IMG/VR virus record: IMGVR_UViG_2974732849_000001
Strand: one strand, 5' to 3'
Length of the DNA: 64,000 bases
Source: a virus
Lineage: Duplodnaviria > Heunggongvirae > Uroviricota > Caudoviricetes > Crassvirales
The notes beneath the pieces are model-generated. The model saw only the letters and a program-made list of their open reading frames with translations. It ran no database searches and was not told the origin of the DNA. Below, piece after piece: positions 60,201 to 64,000 of the stretch. A program made the position numbers and the translations under genes. Position 1 is the first letter of the stretch. Each line of letters begins with the position of its first letter.

Positions 60201-60572
60201 TTATTTTAAACCTCCGAAGGTTTGTGCTACTACTTCAAGGGTAATACCCTCTCTCATTTTATCACAAATTACTTTCTGTAACAGTAAAGGAAGTTCTGAC
60301 ATCAAGGCTGTGATTACCATGCCCTTAGATTGGTCATCCTTTAGCCTGCTAAACTCAATCAGACAGTTGTCCAGTACATCCTCTGCACAACTGTCTCCCG
60401 TTGCTTTCCCAATCCCGATGACTGCTTCCCTGAACCTTTGTCTTGTTTTCAATGACATGTTTGCTCCCAGTGCCTTCTCTACTTTCTCTTTCAGGCCCTC
60501 TTCTTGTCTTTCTTGTTCCATCACTTTTTTTTTTGTAAAACAATATGTGTTAAATACCACTACTATTATCAT
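60201..60572 (-). CDS. hypothetical protein (real start probably ATG at about 60521)
   Basis: An A11 tract then GTG precedes MEQERQEE. Confidence 0.35.
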   Translation of the reverse strand: MIIVVVFNTYCFTKKKVMEQERQEEGLKEKVEKALGANMSLKTRQRFREAVIGIGKATGDSCAEDVLDNCLIEFSRLKDDQSKGMVITALMSELPLLLQKVICDKMREGITLEVVAQTFGGLK

Positions 60573-60747
60573 ATTTACACTCTATGCAGATGTATCCTTC
60601 TGGATTGTAAGTACCACACTTAGGGCATTCCCATATATTCCTTACATCCCAGTTCTGAATATACCCTTTGAGTTTTAGTAAATGATTATACTCCTCTACA
60701 GGAATAGTTATAGTTTCCTCTTCCATTTCCAGTGTGTGTCTAATCAA
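60550..60747 (-). CDS. small zinc-ribbon protein
   Basis: CPKCGTYNPEGYICIECK. Confidence 0.4.
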   Translation of the reverse strand: MIRHTLEMEEETITIPVEEYNHLLKLKGYIQNWDVRNIWECPKCGTYNPEGYICIECKYDNSSGI

Positions 60748-60865
60748 TTAAATAAAGAAGACCTATATTCACATACCAGCCTTCTGTAGCAATATTACTA
60801 TTGCCCAAACTAAAAACCAATCTTACTTATGCAAACAAAAACTATACCCTTATATGAGTAATATC

Positions 60866-60889
60866 TTAAAAGGCGGTCTCTTCCCGCCA
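60866..60889 (-). terminator. rho-independent terminator downstream of tRNA
   Basis: Minus strand: GGCGGGAAGAGACCGCC hairpin followed by TTTT. Confidence 0.5.
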
Positions 60890-61019
60890 GCCAAATAAAC
60901 AAAACCTTTATTGAATCTAAGAAAGGTATAAGACTTTTTTTTTCCTTCCATCCATCCTATATTAGCCCTATATTAATCCTATCCTTCATGGGTGCCTTGT
61001 ATTATTATAATTCCCTGCG

Positions 61020-61091
61020 TGCTCCTAACAAGACTCGAACTTGTATCCCAGACTTAGGAGGTCTATGTTCTATCCTTTGAACTATAGAAGC
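61020..61091 (-). tRNA. tRNA-Arg (anticodon CCU)
   Basis: Minus strand GCTTCTATAGTTCAAAGGATAGAACATAGACCTCCTAAGTCTGGGATACAAGTTCGAGTCTTGTTAGGAGCA. 7-bp acceptor stem with one G-U pair, D-loop GG, anticodon loop CU-CCU-AA, T-arm ACAAG-TTCGAGT-CTTGT. 72 nt; CCA not encoded. Confidence 0.55.
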
Positions 61092-61181
61092 ATATATTAC
61101 CTATCTTCACAGACCAGTAACATGAATTTCATTCTATTTATGGATATTTTACGAAGTGGATACACTAATTCTTTTCATGAC

Positions 61182-62117
61182 TTATTTCTCCTCTTTTTGA
61201 CTCTGATTAGGCATGAATGGGAAGCTCATCTGGTTATTTCCCATCATCTGCATCATCAGCATTGTTTCTATCATTGAATTATTTCCACCTTTGTCCATCA
61301 TAGCCATCATAAACATAGGATTCATCTGACCATCATTGCTACCCTGCATCATTTGTAGTATCATGAGGTCTTTCATATCTATGCCATCTTCTGCCATAGC
61401 CAGTATCATAGGATTGACTCCATTTACCTGTATATTACTGAACATGTTAATGACTACTTTGATGAATGATTGGCCAAGCATGAAATCCTTGATTTCTTTC
61501 TTGTTCTGCATGTAGCCGGAATATGATAAACAAGACAAACTGCCATTTGTGTTCTTCTTCACAACCTTTGAGTAGCTGTTATTAACCTTGACTACATCTC
61601 CAATCTTTACTTGAGCATAGGATTTGTTCACCAAGTATACAGGAACACTTATGCACATCTCTTCAGGATAGCTGATGAGATTATTATCATTGTCAATACC
61701 TACATACTCACTATTCATGGGCACACAGATATTTCCGTCCATGGATACTTTCAATGTGTTGTCCTTTTCAGGAATAAACTGTGATTTGTATTTCTCAATA
61801 AAGCTGCTGAATATAGATTTCTTTTCCATTTTACTTGAATTTTGATTGTTGTTTAACTGTCCTACCTTAATATTATTAATGGTGCTAATAATAATGCGTT
61901 TTAGAGGAATGCCATTCACTACAGTATCTGCTAAACTCTCACAGGGAGATATTGAAACTACCTGCATTGGAGTGCTATACATTGGTGAATCTATTAGGTC
62001 ATCTGTTTTCACCTCGGAATAATCACACAAGAAGGCATATTTCTTTAAATTAGCACCTATAATCTGCCAGGATGTGAGGTACTCTCTGGTGTAGACTACA
62101 TAAATTATTCGTGTCAT
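61182..62117 (-). CDS. hypothetical protein with extremely Met-rich C-terminal tail
   Basis: The last 80 aa or so contain about 25 Met (MILQMMQGSNDGQMNPMFMMAMMDKGGNNSMIETMLMMQMMGNNQMSF). Confidence 0.45.
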   Translation of the reverse strand: MTRIIYVVYTREYLTSWQIIGANLKKYAFLCDYSEVKTDDLIDSPMYSTPMQVVSISPCESLADTVVNGIPLKRIIISTINNIKVGQLNNNQNSSKMEKKSIFSSFIEKYKSQFIPEKDNTLKVSMDGNICVPMNSEYVGIDNDNNLISYPEEMCISVPVYLVNKSYAQVKIGDVVKVNNSYSKVVKKNTNGSLSCLSYSGYMQNKKEIKDFMLGQSFIKVVINMFSNIQVNGVNPMILAMAEDGIDMKDLMILQMMQGSNDGQMNPMFMMAMMDKGGNNSMIETMLMMQMMGNNQMSFPFMPNQSQKEEK

Positions 62118-62120
62118 ATT

Positions 62121-62291
62121 TTATTTATCTAATCTTTTGATTGTAAATACTCCATATTTAAAGGACTTCTTGAGAGCAAATTGTAATGCGCTCCCAATAG
62201 TCCTTGTACATATGTATTTTCTAACTCTTGAAGGCTTATAGAATGTCACAAGATACTTGTGCTTTCTTTTGAAAATAGAATTGATATTCAT
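62121..62291 (-). CDS. micro-ORF (56 aa, basic)
   Basis: ATGA overlap with the upstream gene. Ends 3 nt before the next ATG. Confidence 0.3.
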   Translation of the reverse strand: MNINSIFKRKHKYLVTFYKPSRVRKYICTRTIGSALQFALKKSFKYGVFTIKRLDK

Positions 62292-62503
62292 TTCTTTCTT
62301 TTGTATTTGTAGAACTCTTTCCTAGCTTCTTTGCCATTCCTATAATTAGTTGTAGTGACTTTGCCTGTAATAGATATTATACTTATACTGTATTGGAATG
62401 CATGCTGGCCACCAAGTATTATTTCTCTCCCATAGTTGTCTACTATAATCTCTCTAATGAGACAATCACAGTTTTCTTTGTGATATGTATGCTTTCTTGC
62501 CAT
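62288..62503 (-). CDS. hypothetical small protein
   Basis: 71-aa ORF. Confidence 0.35.
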   Translation of the reverse strand: MARKHTYHKENCDCLIREIIVDNYGREIILGGQHAFQYSISIISITGKVTTTNYRNGKEARKEFYKYKRKK

Positions 62504-62504
62504 A

Positions 62505-62690
62505 CTACTTTATGAGTTTAGTTTCAAGAATGAAGTCATATTTTATACCATTTATTCTTGCCATAGACTCAGCTTCTCCTGAGTTTTTAGCATAGATAGT
62601 GGTGACACTTATAGACATCCCATTATTAAGGTGCTTGCAAAGAGAGTACTGATTGTACTCTCTTATCATATAGTATTCTTCCTTCTTCAT
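62505..62690 (-). CDS. hypothetical small protein
   Basis: 61-aa ORF. Confidence 0.35.
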   Translation of the reverse strand: MKKEEYYMIREYNQYSLCKHLNNGMSISVTTIYAKNSGEAESMARINGIKYDFILETKLIK

Positions 62691-62693
62691 AAC

Positions 62694-62996
62694 TTAATCA
62701 TCATAAGGTCTGATAAAAGTATATACATATACGCCAAGCTCTTCATTGTACTTAAACTCATGATAGGTATGCAAAGCATTTTCCATTGAAGGCTGCTGGT
62801 CATTCCACATCTCCCATTCTCCTCTTTCCCAAGAGCCGTCATTCATAATAGATTTTATGGCATTGTGGGCACGAAGATAGTTCTTATCATTAGTCTTAAT
62901 GTGATACACATGTCTCTGTGTGTAATCTTTTTGAGACAACTCTGGCTTATACTCTATCTTATAAAGTATGCCATTATAACATGATATTTTATTCAT
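62694..62996 (-). CDS. hypothetical protein
   Basis: 100-aa ORF. Confidence 0.4.
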   Translation of the reverse strand: MNKISCYNGILYKIEYKPELSQKDYTQRHVYHIKTNDKNYLRAHNAIKSIMNDGSWERGEWEMWNDQQPSMENALHTYHEFKYNEELGVYVYTFIRPYDD

Positions 62997-63023
62997 TTGA
63001 TTGTAAATTATTGTGTAAACTTA

Positions 63024-63155
63024 TTACCAACCATGGTCTATATATGTTACCCCATTTATGTAAACATATCTATCATCAAAAGTAAATTCTTTGGTGAATT
63101 CTCTGGGATTTTCTTTTGTCTGTGACCCATATTTGTTATTTATTTCCTTACTCAT
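63024..63155 (-). CDS. micro-ORF (43 aa)
   Basis: Under 60 aa. Sits between a 365-nt non-coding region and the next gene. Confidence 0.2.
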   Translation of the reverse strand: MSKEINNKYGSQTKENPREFTKEFTFDDRYVYINGVTYIDHGW

Positions 63156-63521
63156 AACAGGTAAAATTTAATTGTTTGCTAATTTTTCAAGGATGAATGG
63201 TTATTGTACACAGTAAAAACAACTATGTATTACTCCATTTGTTACTTTTCTAATGTGAGGATGATAGTCTTACTGGAAGGGGTTTATTTGATAAATCTTA
63301 CCATCTACTTGTTCTCTTATCTTATTCTATATCACCATGTTAGACTTAGTAAGAGTATTACTTATTGTAAATATTGCTTACTACATAATATGAGATGTAG
63401 CATATCTAAGAAGTTATACTAAGAGGTAACTAATTCCTACTTGTATACTTTTACACAACAAATACTATTAATGTTTAAGTGATAAACTTATTAATGTCTA
63501 AATGATAAGATAAGAAATAAG

Positions 63522-63552
63522 AAAAGGGTAAGCAGGCACTTCTGCCTGCTAA
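63522..63552 (-). terminator. strong rho-independent terminator
   Basis: Minus strand: GGGTTAGCAGGCA, loop gaag, TGCCTGCTTACCC (13-bp stem with one mismatch), followed by TTTTCTTATTTCTT. Confidence 0.6.
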
Positions 63553-63563
63553 CCCTTGATACT

Positions 63564-63824
63564 TTAGAAAGTTGCCAATACAGGTGCTCCACCTTGGCCT
63601 TCCTCATGAAGAAGCCAGAATTTGTCACCATCAGGAGTAGTAACATTGCTGACCATAGGATTATGAGGAATACCTTTGGCTGCTACAGCTCCAGTCTTTG
63701 CACCATAGGCAAAGAATAACTTGCCTGTCTTGGGATTCTTTTTAACACTCAGTTTATCTACATGCATTACTGCTTTAAACTGCTCAACTGTCAATGTGTC
63801 ATTGAATACTAAATTTCTTTCCAT
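63564..63824 (-). CDS. hypothetical protein
   Basis: 86-aa ORF followed by a strong terminator. Confidence 0.4.
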   Translation of the reverse strand: MERNLVFNDTLTVEQFKAVMHVDKLSVKKNPKTGKLFFAYGAKTGAVAAKGIPHNPMVSNVTTPDGDKFWLLHEEGQGGAPVLATF

Positions 63825-64000
63825 AATGTAATTTGTTAATTGTTAATAATGTGAATTTTTAACCTAAGGGGGTAGGACCCCCATGGGCTAAGTGATGGGG
63901 GAGGTGAGGTTGGTGTTACCACCCCTCATAGAAATATCACAAAAAAAAAATATTATAAAAAAAAAAAATTATTCTAAATTATTGTTATATATTTGCATAT

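Noticed and set aside
61020-61091. tRNA as the amber suppressor for the in-frame TAG
   Set aside because: The anticodon loop reads CU-CCU-AA. The anticodon is CCU (Arg), not CUA.
62138-63011. Duplicated 12-mer TTTGATTGTAAA at about 62138 and about 62997
   Set aside because: One copy is inside a micro-ORF and the other is immediately upstream of a start. Two copies in AT-rich DNA are insufficient to call a regulatory motif.
63204-63422. Plus-strand 72-aa ORF in the 365-nt non-coding region
   Set aside because: It is the only plus-strand ORF in a 46-kb all-minus-strand region, has low complexity and no start context, so it is likely spurious.
1-64000. CRISPR arrays, integrase/att sites, diversity-generating retroelement, restriction-modification genes
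   Set aside because: No regularly spaced direct repeats, no tyrosine or serine recombinase motifs, no reverse transcriptase and no methyltransferase motifs were seen.

Overview
This 64 kb window reads as one contiguous piece of a crAss-like (Crassvirales-type) phage genome from a Bacteroidota-type host. It is AT-rich and densely packed, with many ATGA start/stop overlaps. Genes have no Shine-Dalgarno; instead, 8-12 nt A-tracts sit directly upstream of many start codons. Giant ORFs are present (2518, 2419, 1453 and 1351 aa).

Layout:
- 1-17.9 kb, + strand: a virion/tail block. It includes a 930-aa protein with a soluble lytic transglycosylase (SLT) motif and a 2518-aa giant protein carrying a zincin-like HExxH and a C-terminal PARP/diphtheria-toxin-like ADP-ribosyltransferase domain.
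- 17.9-18.0 kb: convergent terminators.
- 18.1-64 kb: everything is on the minus strand.
  - A free-standing HNH homing endonuclease.
  - A 1351-aa protein plus a 2419-aa virion RNA polymerase (DFDVD catalytic motif).
  - A long replication/nucleotide-metabolism operon: ThyX-like, HAD phosphatase, family-A DNA polymerase, dUTPase, NrdG, NrdD, RecB-like nuclease, UDG, DnaG-like primase, RecA-like ATPase, DnaB-like helicase, SF2 helicase.
  - A HicA-like toxin gene, a retropepsin-like membrane protease, an SPFH lipoprotein and a second HNH-AP2 endonuclease.
  - An early region of small genes with a tRNA-Arg(CCU) and three rho-independent terminators.

Most interesting:
1. An E1-like (ThiF/MoeB) plus JAB/JAMM gene pair with uncharacterised neighbours inside the replication operon. 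This is a candidate ubiquitin-like conjugation/deconjugation system of unknown role.
2. An adjacent PRPP-synthetase-like plus Nampt-like pair. This resembles the phage NAD+ reconstitution counter-defence pathway (NARP1-type Adps+Namat, or a Prs+Nampt variant).
3. The Nampt-like gene is interrupted by one in-frame TAG that sits exactly where homologues have glutamine. This is either amber read-through/TAG-to-Gln recoding or a fresh nonsense mutation.
4. A toxin-like ADP-ribosyltransferase domain at the C-terminus of a giant virion protein.

All domain calls rest on motifs read by eye; no database searches were run.
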